A stretch of 64,000 bases of DNA from contig CM119371.1 in the NCBI GenBank assembly GCA_051294905.1, positions 4,900,001 through 4,964,000 of the forward strand. Reading direction: 5' to 3'. Under the pieces are notes generated by a model. It saw nothing but the letters and a program-made list of their open reading frames with translations. It was not told where the DNA came from and searched no databases. The stretch is from Botryllus schlosseri. Lineage: Eukaryota. Within the stretch, counting starts at the first letter, position 1. Each line of letters begins with the position of its first letter. The position numbers and the translations under genes are program-made. Shown here piece after piece: positions 51,151 to 64,000 of the stretch.

Positions 51151-54100
51151 AAGGTCTGCCCAATGATTGGGTATGCGAGACCTCAGGACTCAGGTGTTCT
51201 GCTTTTCATATTCACTGCTCAGTGCTCAGTTTAGTTTAGTTGTTAGTTGTAGGTCGAATTTTCAAGTAGTTCAAATTCTATTTCGTGATTTTGAATAGTT
51301 TATAGTTATAGTTAGAGAAAATTAGCTGCCGATAAACTGAAACTTGAATCAGAAGTCAGAAGTAGAAAACGTATTGTCATCTAACGTAAATTGTGATGCC
51401 AGTGTTTTATTGGGTGATGTTCTTGCAACTAATAACAATTACAAGCTCAGAATCATCACTAGTAACGGTTGAGCAGCTAAGGGGTGGTTTTCGATGGTCA
51501 AAACCCATCCCATTTCAAACTTGCACTGATGTTCATTGTTCATGCAGAAAGCCGATTCTAATAAGATAAATATGAAGTCGATTCAAGATTGAATCTATAC
51601 TTGTGATTCATAGTTGCGAAGGCAGTTAGTTCTAGTCTTTTCTGGCGTGTCTAAAAGTGAATAATTCGAGTTTTGTTTACTCAATTTGAAAATTCAGTAG
51701 TTTGTACAAGTATCACTGCGAACGGTGCTTTTTCCAGGCATATGTCTATCTTGAAAAGGGCCTGCAATAGAGTTTGGATAAATATATATCTCCGAAAAGG
51801 TTATCTGACATTCTGCAGCACTTGTTCGGTACGCATTTACACATTGGAAAGTGATCCCCATGATCAACACCAATCGGCGTTCCCAAAAACTCCATGACTA
51901 CGTACGCGAGAGTAAGCGAATGAAATATCTGACACTGTCACATTTTTGTTTTGATGATCGGCCAGAGTGGAATTGGTGGCAACGTCACACACAACTTTTC
52001 CTGTGATTACTTGATTATTCTACGCAAGAAACCCTTCTGTCACGCGCAACTTATTGCTGAAAACAACCACTTTTTCCATTCTGGGCGTACGGAAATGATG
52101 TATTGTTTGTGCACATTCAAAAGGGGCATTGTATTTCACTAGCCAAATGCAACTCAATTGTCATTCGATTAAGAGAGATATCCAAGAGATGAAAATAAGG
52201 AACACTTGAATATTGCGCAAAAACCATAAATGTTGACATGCTCAATTGCTCATGGGGAACATTGATTGTTGGTAATCATGGGGAACATTTTCCAGTGTGC
52301 GGAGAATACCAAAGAAGGTATTGCAGCATGTGCATAAGTTCGCTAATTTTAACAATCTTCAGACTGATTATTTTCGTATAAAGCTTGCCTCCCTGGAAGT
52401 ATTGATGTTTGTCTAATGTTTTTGGTTATGGTCACATTATGATTTGTGAGAGCTGCTTGTATATGGTGTCTTATCGTTGGTTCCTATATGTTCATATTTT
52501 CACTGTTGAAAAATTTCACTAGTGCCGATGGGTACAATGGTTACATTACTGTATTCGAATTTTAGTATTAATTGCAATAATTCAAGTAGAGTAGTGAGAG
52601 ATGATTTTTTTCAAGTACGGTACTGTAATGTAATCTTACACTCCTTGATAAGATACTAAGAGTTATATTCTTACTGCCATACATCGGTGATCGAATTTGT
52701 TGGAAGTAAAGCAAATTTCTCTTATTAAAATACAAACTCTTTCTTGTCCTGTTTCAATCTTTTTGTATTTTTGTGAAAAACATTCGATAATTTTGACGCT
52801 GTTGTATATGCACAGTTGATTTTGCGCACCAGTATTCTATAGTAATGCATCAGTTGTGCAATGTGATGGATTTTGGTTTCTGTAATTTCGAAAATTTGTA
52901 GTTTGCTGAAGGCCTGCTGATTATCGTATGGGCTTGCCTAGTTATCGTAGTTAGGAAAGGCCAAGAACTACTGCTAAAACAGTTATAGCTTTCACAATGC
53001 CTTGCCGTTTGATTTGATAAGTGGGTGGTGGAAGTTTTTAATATTGACCGAGGAGGTGTGTCTTAAAAAGTTGAAGAACTACTGTTCTAGAAAATATATA
53101 TTCGGTATACTGCCAACGTTCCTGCTCGTATTACAGTGCTATAATAGTTGGGCTTTGTAAAGTAGACAGACTTTTGGGGTTGTTTGAAAATCAATTTTGT
53201 TTTCAAATCTTACTGGCTAGTTGATGAATATGCCAAGTTTGTTAAGCGGAAACTAATATGGTAGAAAATTATTGATTTTTAACAACAATCAAAAATTTCA
53301 TTGAAATTGTATCGGCTCCCACATGGAATTGTTAGGTTGTCTACAAAAATATTGAATGATGCATATTCATCAACTCCAACCCATAGAAGTAGTAGTAGTA
53401 GAAGTATGGTACGAAATGTTGGATTATGAAAAATAATACTATTTCCGATAGGACATTTCATCGTTAAAACTGGATTGAACGAGTTCATGAGCCTGTATCA
53501 TTGCACAGTTCCAGTCTTGCAGAGTTAACTACGCCTTGTGAAACCCAAAACGATATTTGGGTCCCGTGATTCTAATTTTTTGCAAGCTCCAAAGATGATC
53601 TGAAAAGCGCTACAATAGTAATTGCTAGGGCTGGGTAGTGTCCTAGTGGGCATCAGGTTTTAATGAATTGATTGGGACAATAAGGGATTGTTTTTTTCTG
53701 AGTTTCGAAATCATATGATCCTCGCCACTAATATGTAACTTGTCAAAGCAGAATTCGAGTTTCGATGCTATTTTCTTCTGTGAAAGGATTGAAAACATGA
53801 ATTGTTGTCAAAAGTTGAATGAAATGGTTGTGGTCTAAAAACACCAAGCTATCTTTATTGTGATATAAAACTGGCAGTATACACTTCGTGATCGCGTAAA
53901 TGGTACATATCTGAACTTGACACATCTTTCGTATTGTTATGTCGTCACAATGAAGGATACTCAAATCCCCAACTTGACTCGAAGCCTAATACTCGATTTA
54001 TATCTACTGATTACGCATGGGAGAACTCATGCGGGCACCACGTTAAAAGGTCTAAAATTGGAATCAAAATTGTTGAAACCATATTGAATGGTTCCGGGAA

Positions 54101-57100
54101 TTCAAAAGGTCATATACATAGCATTTCATTAACTATATTCATAAATATGGTAAAATTCCATGCAAAATTCTTCCATCTCGTTTTGATTGCAGAAGTTCAA
54201 AATGAAATGAGGTCTATAAAAAGGGAACCAATTTGAAAACTAGGATTTGCAGGCAGTGTCCACTCTGTGTGCAGTATGTGCTAAAATCTTCAAGTTTAGT
54301 CCTGACATCAATTGTAGCCAGTGTGGGGATCAATTCACCACCTTTGGGTCTTTTTCTATCCACAACAATATGACCATCACCAATACGTGTTTCCAGTGTA
54401 CATGTTAAAATTAATTGTGTTGTAATGGGTTTAGGGCAGACTTGAACAACTAGACGGCTTTCAGCTTTTATAAAGTTAGCTAGCTAACATTTTTCAAATT
54501 TCCAAATTAGATTAGGCTTGAAGTTGCTGATACTGAATTCGTGAAAACTTTGTAGTTGAATCAATTTAATCTCATATCAAATCAGAGTTCATTCTCATAC
54601 TTATGGAAATATGTGTACAGTAATCCTGGCTCGATTCACACGGTACAGTACAGTTTCAATAAAACCAGACAGCAGATAAGAAATAAAATGAGAGCACACA
54701 AACCTTTTACAGATTAGATTAGAATCTGTATTTGAGCCAGTGTTGCGGTCAAGTCACTACCTTCATGTCATGAGTCATCTCGAGTCATTGCAAATTTTGA
54801 CTCGAGTCAAGTCGTGTCAATCGATTTTTGAAGGTGACTCGAGTTAATTCAAGTCACTCGTTTTTTGGAGGTTACTCGAGTCAAGTCGCGATTCAAGTCA
54901 TGGTTCAAGTCAAATTGAATTGCTGAAGTATGAGTGTTGCTGAAAAGTCATTACATTTTGCTGACTGTGTGAAAGACAGATTGATTGACCAAAATGAACA
55001 TTTATCTTGAATCGAATAGCGAATATAAAGTTGACTATACATACAAAATGGCGTTGTATCGCTCACCAACACGCGGGACTGGTAAATAATACTTGAGTAA
55101 CTGTATATCCACATGCTCTACAGTCTGTTATTATCAGCCAACATAGAGGATCCAATACGAAGCCTCGATATGGTACAATACCCTACTCAGCTACATATCC
55201 GTGAGAATTTAAAAGCATAAACTATATACATTGGATTTAAATCATACAAGAAAGTTGGTAAAGGTGAGCACTACATAAGGTAAGCACTTGAGCGACCTAA
55301 GAAACAAAGATACGCTCCTATTAGATCAGTGGTTCCCAAGCTTTTTGTCTTCGCCGGCCCCTTTAGGACCGCCACGGACCCTCGTGGACCCCTACCCCGA
55401 TTATTAGTTCATATTTACCACAAATATCGTGCAACCGTCATATACCATTTGCAAATGTTAACTGTAGGCAACCAAAGATCGACCAAATGACTTTTCCAGA
55501 AAATAACAACATACTATTGATGTACAAATTGGGAGGACCTAATGTAGCGAATTCTGTAGCTGCATTTCTTTGACTACGCTGTCGTGCTGGAAAATCCACG
55601 TCATCGATTTGACATGAGTGCCAAAAATACATTTCCACAGTGATAGGAGATGGCGAATGTAATAATTAACCGCAGCGTTTCAGAAGACAATTTTGGTCTG
55701 ATATATACGGCATCAACATTGAGAAACAGAACATCTAACGTCCAGCCTATTCACTTTCATCTAGCAGGTCAATATGAAGTTATTCTGGAATATCGGTTAT
55801 GACTCGTTCCATTATAATTTAGCAAATTTTCTGACATTTGTAATGCATACCCTCATAATTGTCCAATATTTACAAATGTTGTTCTTTGAATTCTGGGTAC
55901 ATTAAAAAAATTAGATTGAAAAATTCTCTCTAAACAGCAATATCTTTGTATCAGTAGACTATTGGTTACTAAAATGCGTTTCCCTAGTAGAATATTTCAT
56001 CTAATACTGTATTTCTGGTTATGTCAGTCCTGAAGTTTGAACAGTTCTGGAGCGAAAATATTTCACTAATTAAAAAAATACAAATTTGGTTTTCAACCAT
56101 TTTGCAAATTTGGAGGATTCGCAGACTATCTGAACATGCTTTGCGGACAATCGGTTGAGAACCACTGTATTACGACAACATAAGCTGTGATCATTTCGTT
56201 TGTGGTCAATTTCCTAGTTGTGTACCAATGAAGGATCGGAGAAACCTACAATCAGTGAATGACTGGCAGTGAATGACCGAGTCAGACCAAAGACCCGATT
56301 AGTAACACTGGTATCCATGACTTCCCTGCTTGGTGCTCATGCTATACTGGGATAGCATGGAGGGTTGATGCAAGACTTACAATGCCGTAAAAGGCTATAT
56401 CTGCACGCACCGTCCTCGTCCAGCGGCATATGTATATCATAAGTCGGTGTATATGCCACAAAACAGCAATCAACACCAATCCGCATTTCTGAAGCTCCGA
56501 TTCAAGTCATACAAAAAAGTTGACTAGAGTCTGACTCGAGTCATCCCAACACTGATCAGAGCGGGGAAATATTTCGGAAATTAGTTCACAATTTGATTAC
56601 CGGCCTAATCAGTGTAATTAGATAGCTATGATTGTCTAGTTGTCCTTGTCCGGTTAAGTGATAGGATATCGTAGGATAGGGTATACTTCTGGAGTTGGGT
56701 TGGCGTAAAATTAAGATCGGGGTAAGGGTTACTGCTGCTTCCACAATACACTAAACTTAAACCACTCAGGAACACCATGAATGTTGACATAGTCACATGG
56801 AACCGCGATTAGTGATGGTCATGTTGTTGTACATTTGTTATTGGCGTGATTGAAGCTGTGCTCAATGAAAAGTGATACATAATCTTCAGAGATGAATTGT
56901 TATACCGTACACCTGAATTTTTATTTTATGTAGACGGTTGGCTATGAATTTGGTGCAATTCAACCCTAATTATTCAGTTGTCCAATAATGACTCCACTAA
57001 CTATCATGATTGTTGTTCTTGCAGTAATGTGTATTGAGACAGCTTATAGCGTACCATAGGTGTTTTGGTGACGCTGTGCTTCTGACAGGAACGACCAGCT

Positions 57101-57581
57101 ACAAACAGTTAATGTGAACCTTATTACTGACAAAACTACTGCAGGGCATATTCATTGAAGCCGCTCAATGTTCATGGTCACAGGTACATCTTTTAATGGT
57201 TCTTGGAAAATTTCCGTAATTCATTTGTAAATATGCGCCATTGTCACTCAGCGTTGTGTTTTGTCTCGTGTTATGAATGGTTTGTTACTAAAATGATCGA
57301 AACTTTCGATATAACAATAGTTCTCTTGAAGATATCCGACTACATTAAACAATAAGACTACATTACAATGTAATATAATGATTTTTTACACTCTCATTGA
57401 TGAAGTCATTTCCATGCTATTAATAGTTTTGTATGTTGTACTATATCTTGTTATGGCTAAAATCTTATAATGCTCTTAGTTTAAAGTAGTTCCACACTTT
57501 CATGCATTGCAGGTGTGGCGTACTATAATTGAACTAAGTTTATATGCTGAAATGCGGAAAATCTGTGGGTCTTTTCTTTAG

Positions 57582-58898
57582 TGTCATAAAGAAAAGCCTG
57601 CTGTGAATCCAGTATCAACTATTGACCACGGCCTGAAAGAACTCCGATTCGATATATATTGTAAAGCATTTACAGGGAATAGTAACCTCAAGCATCAAAT
57701 GGATATGCATGCTGGCATCAAAAATGTTGAATGTGATGTATGTGGTAAAGCATTCTCGCAGCAGGGTGCCCTCAAGCGTCATATGCATGTGCATGCTAGA
57801 ATCAGGAATCATGAATGTGATGTATGTGGCAAAGCATTCACTAAGAACAGTCACCTCAAGATGCACATGGATGAGCATGCTGGAATCAAAAATCATACAT
57901 GTGCTATATGTGGTAAAGCATTCACTCGGAAGGGTACCCTCAAGTTGCATATGGATAAGCATGCTGGAATAAAAAATCACACATGTGCTCTATGTGGCAA
58001 AGCATTCACTGAGAAGGGTACCCTCAAGCTTCATATGGATATGCATGCTGGCATCCTAAATCATATTTGTGATATATGTGGGAAAGCATTCACTCGGGAG
58101 GGTACCCTCAAGCATCATATGGATATGCATGCTGGCATCCGAAATCATGTTTGTGATATATGTGGGAAAGCATTCACTTTGAAGGGTCACCTCAAGGGTC
58201 ATATGGATAAGCATGCTGGAATCAAAAATCATACATGTGCTATATGTGGCAAAGCATTCACTCGGAAGGGTACCCTCAAGTTGCATATGGATAAGCATGC
58301 TGGAATAAAAAATCATACATGTGCTCTATGTGGCAAAGCATTCACTGAGAAGGGTACCCTCAAGCTTCATATGGATATGCATGCTGGGATTAAAAATCAT
58401 ATTTGTGATATATGTGGGAAAGCATTCACTCGGGAGGGTACCCTCAAGCATCATATGGATATGCATGCTGGCATCCGAAATCATTTTTGTGATATATGTG
58501 GGAAAGCATTCACTTTGAAGGGTCACCTCAAGGGTCATATGGATAAGCATGTTGGAATCAAAAATCATACATGTGCTATATGTGGTAAAGCATTCACTCA
58601 GAAGGGTACCCTCAAGCTTCATATGGATAAACATGCTGGAATCGAAAATCATACATGTGCTCTATGTGGCAAAGCATTCACTCAGAAGGGTAACCTCAAG
58701 CGTCATATGGATAAGCATGCTGGAATCAAAAATCATACATGTGCTCTATGTGGCAAAGCATTCACTCAGAAGGGTAACCTCAAGTGTCATATGGATAAGC
58801 ATGTTGGAATCAAAAATCATACATGTGCTATATGTGGTAAAGCATTCACTCAGAAGGGTGCCCTCAAGTTGCATATGGATAAGCATGCTGGAATCTAA
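57582..58898 (+). CDS. Paralogous C2H2 zinc-finger array exon (14 fingers before first TAA)
   Basis: In-frame acceptor cttttctttag| at 57580-57581; 431-aa ORF; N-terminal region nearly identical to the minus-strand paralogue. Confidence 0.85.
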   Translation, partial: CHKEKPAVNPVSTIDHGLKELRFDIYCKAFTGNSNLKHQMDMHAGIKNVECDVCGKAFSQQGALKRHMHVHARIRNHECDVCGKAFTKNSHLKMHMDEHAGIKNHTCAICGKAFTRKGTLKLHMDKHAGIKNHTCALCGKAFTEKGTLKLHMDMHAGILNHICDICGKAFTREGTLKHHMDMHAGIRNHVCDICGKAFTLKGHLKGHMDKHAGIKNHTCAICGKAFTRKGTLKLHMDKHAGIKNHTCALCGKAFTEKGTLKLHMDMHAGIKNHICDICGKAFTREGTLKHHMDMHAGIRNHFCDICGKAFTLKGHLKGHMDKHVGIKNHTCAICGKAFTQKGTLKLHMDKHAGIENHTCALCGKAFTQKGNLKRHMDKHAGIKNHTCALCGKAFTQKGNLKCHMDKHVGIKNHTCAICGKAFTQKGALKLHMDKHAGI

Positions 58899-59495
58899 AA
58901 TCATGCCTGTGCTATATGTGGTAAAGAATTCGCTGAGAAGAGTACCCCCAAGCTTCATATGGATATGCATGCTGGCATCCTAAATCATATTTGTGATATA
59001 TGTGGCAAAGCATTCACTGAGAAGGGTACCCTCAAGCTTCATATGGATATGCATGCTGGCATCCGAAATCATGTTTGTGATATATGTGGTAAAGCATTCA
59101 CTTTGAAGGGTGACCTCAAGCGTCATATGGATAAGCATGTTGGAATCAAAAATCATACATGTGCTATATGTGGCAAAGCATTCACTCAGAAGGGTAACCT
59201 CAAGTTGCAAATGGATAAGCATGCTGGTATCTAAAATCATGCCTGTGCTATATGTGGTAAAGAATTCGCTGAGAAGAGTACCCCCAAGCTTCATATGGAT
59301 ATGCATGCTGGCATCCGAAATCATGTTTGTGATATATGTGGGAAAGCATTCATCATGAAGGGTAACCTCAAGCTTCATATGGATATGCATGCCGGTAACA
59401 AAGATCATAAATGTGATATATGTGGTAAAGCATTTGCTCAGATGGGTAATCTCAAGATTCATATTCATAAACATGCTGGCATCAAAATTCAATAA
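58899..59495 (+). pseudogene. Seven further in-frame zinc-finger repeats beyond premature TAA codons
   Basis: The same frame continues; TAA at 58896-58898 and 59232-59234 replaces the linker Lys codon AAA. Confidence 0.85.
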
Positions 59496-62400
59496 TGTCT
59501 TATTTGTGGAGAAGTTGCATCATAAGTGCTAATTGTTCGGGAAAATTACTCTAAAAATTTAGGACAACGTTCACTGGAGATTGGACAGGCATTTCCTCAT
59601 AAATTTACCATACTCCATATTATGGTGATGCATTCTGGGAGTTTGGACTATGTATGAGGAATTTCTGCAGAAATATTGACTCTGAACTGTTACCTTCCGT
59701 TTGCTATGCTCACTTCATCTCACAACTTCACCGATATGTCATTTCAACTTACTTGTGTTGGTTTGTACTACACCTTTTGTGTGCTACAATACGACCAATC
59801 GAGGTTTATAGCCTTCCGCGATATAGAAGAGTACGGAACTATAATCCCCCTTGATAAATTAACTCTTAGTTGTAAGGAGCATTTAATTTTAGTGCGAAAA
59901 GTAATCACATCTCACCAATCGACTCAAATGATTACAACTAATTTTCAAATCGTTGTGCCTAGCCCAATAAGTAACTAGTTGGCAAAAATGGGCTATGGAC
60001 TACAAATGGAAAGCTCTTTGACGGGATAACGGACATTGTTCAACTCCGTCGGGATGCATTAGTGCAATGGTTATTGTGTGTGTCTTGGATACCTCGTTCC
60101 TTTGCTGGTCTCTGTGCTCAGAGCTTTTCTCGAATATTGAACGTATTTTATTACATATCTCTCGGTATCATGTGAGATAAGCTTGCGGATCTTTGGTGCA
60201 CGTTTTTGGATACCATTCAGTTTATTGAAGGATATTATCCGATGAATATATGTAAAAGAGGCAACCATCATTGTACATTCGTTGAATTTGTCAGGGCAAG
60301 AACTAACGCGAGACTGTTGCTTTTAAATAATGCTCACAAACTATAAGCTTTGATTCATCAACTTTGTGTTGCGACCCGAGCTGTGGTTGTGAAGAGTTGA
60401 GAGTTTATTGATAGCAACATAACAGAAGGTGGTCAAATGCATGATCAATTATGTTCTATTATGGGCGTACAGTACATAGAACTAGGTGAGAGCGAGAGTT
60501 TAGCTCAGTTTATATGCATTTTCACCCGAAATACCAGAAGAATAGCGATACAATGAAACGATAGGAAGAAGATGAAACGATCTGAAATAGTCTCTAATGA
60601 TGTAAAGAATGCATTAAAAAGGGGGATATCCGCTAAATGAAACAGGAAATAATGGTATAGAAAGCTAGAAGCGATGAAGACATTATCAAAACTGGTAAGT
60701 GTTGATTTGTATCTTTTTTTATAGAAATAGACCTAAATATTCGGCTGACACTCGTGACAGCTAATCGTATGCAACTGCATATAATTGGAAAAAACAATTT
60801 ATACCAGATATCTATCAGAAAATATCTATAAGTTCCCCCAAAGCTGTGAGATTCACATGACATTCTGTGGCCGGCCACAGAACAGATACGAGCTCGCTGT
60901 GGCCGGTGCTTCCCCCGTTCCGATTTGATTTTCAACCGTAAGATGTGCATGGTGCAGTTGCAATCGATTGTATAGTTAGTTTTATTTTGTAAATATGCAA
61001 ACCTACGATTAAACAATATGATGATGATAATGTCCTTCATTTTTCAACCATGTTTATCGTTTATGATGAGTCTGCGATGCGAATAAGTGTACATATAGGC
61101 CTATATATTTGATCATGCAGTTTAAGGATGTTTGTAGGGGCAGTTTAAAATCTTTCGTGGATTGCCCTGATGAATTTATGAATAATACAATACTGTACTG
61201 GGAATTTGTCTTAATTCACTACCGATTTTCGATTTACGCTTAAGTAGACTCGAATATATACCTCCTTGAATGCATAATATGTTCCATCGATATACTGGAT
61301 CGGTCAATATGCGGTCATTTTAACTGTTTTCATGTTTTCAATACTAAATACCGTAATGAAAGTACCCGAACGAAACAATTACGGATTCAAAGAACCAAGA
61401 ATATGTGGAAAATACTGTTTCAAGTTCCAGAAAAGCTGTGAAATCCACATAACATTCTGTGGCCGGCCACAGAGCAGCTCGCAGCTCACTGTGGCCGGTC
61501 CTTCCCCCGATCTGATTTGTCTTTCCAACGCTATTGGACATGTAGTCCATAGTTTGTTATCTTTCGTGTAGCTCAATAGCTGTGAATTGGATAATGCCAG
61601 GCTGATACAATCCTTTCTTTCTGTATCAGGTCTATGATGAGTCCGCGATATACGGTTATATACATATTTGATTATCGTACTGCTATACAATACATACGAC
61701 GTTCGAGATCCTCAATATCAATGGAGCTTGCACTCATTTGCACGATGAGAATTGTGTCGATGAATCTAAGAATATTTCTATGGTGTAGCAGCACGTGAAC
61801 TTGACACACTGCAGATGTGCTGTAGATGTAGAATAAAGGCAACGATGTAGCCTAACCTACCGGTAATATTGGTAAAATGTGGGGCTTTGTTCCCAGAAAT
61901 TTGATTTTGGTCACGTTTCCGATCCTATATAATTTGTATGTATAATGTATATCCAACTAGGTGCCGTTCTTCCAGGTCGAAGCAAATAATGTACGAATGA
62001 GATGCATGTCGCAGTCACTAACGATGCCGTGTATGCCAGAGGATACTTGATTACTTGGGTGCAAGGATCGTTTTGTATCGCATGTCGTTGTTAGATCAAG
62101 CTGCTAACCGATGTGGTGGGCATAGGACGTAAATGTACCTGCTATATAATTAAATTTCAGTTATAATAATAGATAACTTCAGATACTTTGCGTCATCTAA
62201 GGCAGCATCTGCGACATCAAATGCAGCGCCATCGATCGATGAAAAAATGCCCATGCCAAGCCTGCGAATTGACCAATAGGCATGGTATATTTTTGGTTGA
62301 TGCAGGGAACAATGTGCAATTCAGCGAACAATCTTGATGACACAGACAAGTCCCAATCGTTCATTATAGTTCGACATTTGAATGCAGTGCAAATACTTAT

Positions 62401-63179
62401 CGCCGTGTAAAGTGCATCTGATCTCTCGTGCCCCTGGGTGTTTTCTGTAAAAAGCATGTACTGGACACATTGCATTCATGCAACTACTTGTATATGAATT
62501 GTGAATGATTGTACTCACATCTTCAATTGCTTCAGATTTTGTGAAATTGGTAACGGAATAAACAAACTTTTTGTAGCAAAATATGACGGTTTCTTTATGT
62601 AGAAAACGAAAGAGGGGCAGGGAGTCAGATTATCTACGTTTGCATCACTGATGGGCTTGGGCGATGGAGATGCGAAGAAACTGCACGGCTATCGAGTCTG
62701 CACCACGGTTTTAACTTTCCACGCAATACCATTGCGTTGATCGCCTGGCGTGGAAGCTGTGTGGACACCAGTTTTAATGTAAAGACGTTTGTCTGACCGA
62801 GCAATAAGATGTACGCAGTACGCTTATACATTACTCTATCAAATATTTATCTAGATTCTAGAAAGTTCAAGGAACGTATGTTTCGGTGTTAGTTTACAAC
62901 GCACCGTCCCAGAGTACTTTTTCAATAGTCAGTGGGAATTAAATTCATATCTACAGCGAACAGAGAAGGTAACGCGTGTAAAGCCGTGCAAATTTTGAAC
63001 CCATCCCTAAACTACTCAATAAAGTGGTAATTTAACTTAGGCACGTGCGATAATAGTGGAAGTCGTCTATACAAACCTTGCCACCAGCAAGTTCGTATTG
63101 CAAATGAAGAAGATCTACTTGGCAATTCTCAAATTGGATGCAAAGGGCGGATTTTTATCCAACTAGATGTGCCAAAATC

Positions 63180-63358
63180 ACGAACTGGCCATGATCTCGT
63201 GGCCGGCCACGATGAATTCTTATGGCCGGCCATGAAATTCACTGTGGCCGGCCACGAGACATAACGCATTTTCATGGCCGGCCACGAGATATTCGTGGCC
63301 GGCCACAAAAATATCTGTGGCCAGTAAGTGGCCACGGAAAAGCTGAGACCCCTACTGA
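63180..63358. mobile_element. Probable DNA-transposon terminus with an array of TGGCCGGCCA palindromes
   Basis: Five GGCCGGCC cores between 63198 and 63306, ending in gctgagacccctactg. The same core occurs in the diverged direct repeats at about 60840-60940 and 61430-61530. Confidence 0.5.
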
Positions 63359-63515
63359 ACTTTTTTATAACACGCCTTACAGTTACAAAAATGTGATGAC
63401 AAGAAGGAGCCTAGTTCAACCCCAAAAACACATAGGTAGCATTGGCGTAGCCAGGGAGCGGCGATACCCTACTCCAAATTTCTGGAACATTTTAGCAAAA
63501 CCAATGGTAGTTTGG

Positions 63516-63790
63516 GGAGACCGGCGACAAATGTAACACGGGGCAAATGTAACAATCGACCTCACCGCTAGTAGGATGAAGAAATCGCCTTCATGTTTTG
63601 AGTGCACATGCGGTAGTTATGTCTTCTAATATACCTGAAGTTACGTTGAGCTACGACGCGAAACCCCGGAATAATTTCGAAAAAACGAAATTTCGTACCC
63701 ATGAGTAACTAGGACTTGCGTCGCCGTGAAGGCACCATCCTGACACACTAATCATGGTCGAGCGTGTCAGGGGCAATTGTAACACATTGT
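63516..63790. mobile_element. Probable Tc1/mariner-type transposon 5' end
   Basis: ggggagaccggcgacaaatgtaacacggggcaaatgtaaca, with a third ggggcaattgtaacac at about 63770. This is the repeated subterminal motif pattern of such elements; the partner end is not in the window. Confidence 0.4.
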
Positions 63791-64000
63791 TACTTAGGCT
63801 ACTTACAATATCTTTTCAATGCTGAACATCTGTGTTCATATGTTGGTATAACCATTTATCTACTGCAGATGAATCTTGCAACAGCCAGAAGTTCAATACC
63901 AGAACAGACACTACCTGGTCATACCAATGATCCTCTGTCGGGACGGCCATACAGAAGTGGTGATGTGAATCTTAGGGTCCGGTTATTTCCGTGATTCTAC

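Larger units (their letters stand above)
50352..59495. repeat. Inverted segmental duplication B, right arm
   Basis: See left arm. Has an arm-specific hAT MITE at 50742-51150 and an extra segment of about 300 bp at about 56614-56912. Confidence 0.92.

Overview
AT-rich, intron-containing eukaryotic DNA (animal, probably invertebrate; species cannot be determined from the sequence). Four layers are visible. (1) A decayed amplicon of a Polo-like kinase 1 (PLK1/polo-type) gene: 34 recognisable exon copies, many with intact AG/GT splice sites, in about 11 partial units. All lie on the minus strand in 0.8-18.3 kb and on the plus strand in 34.4-48.4 kb, and none forms an intact gene. (2) Two divergently oriented paralogous C2H2 zinc-finger exons built from an 84-bp minisatellite: 22 intact fingers at 19.6-21.7 kb (minus), and 14 fingers plus 7 more beyond duplicated stop codons at 57.6-59.5 kb (plus). 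Amino-acid variation concentrates at helix positions -1/3/6, a PRDM9-like signature. (3) Two interleaved inverted segmental duplications (about 6.1-13.0 vs 43.2-48.5 kb, and 19.6-32.2 vs 50.4-59.5 kb). (4) Many transposon insertions with readable target-site duplications: a very young 5'-inverted Penelope-like element with a candidate U3-A8 minimal hammerhead ribozyme, nested hAT elements, hAT MITEs, a CCGTA-type Tc1/mariner MITE, a SINE relic and a PHD-finger relic. All coordinates and alignments were read by eye; no searches or alignments were run.
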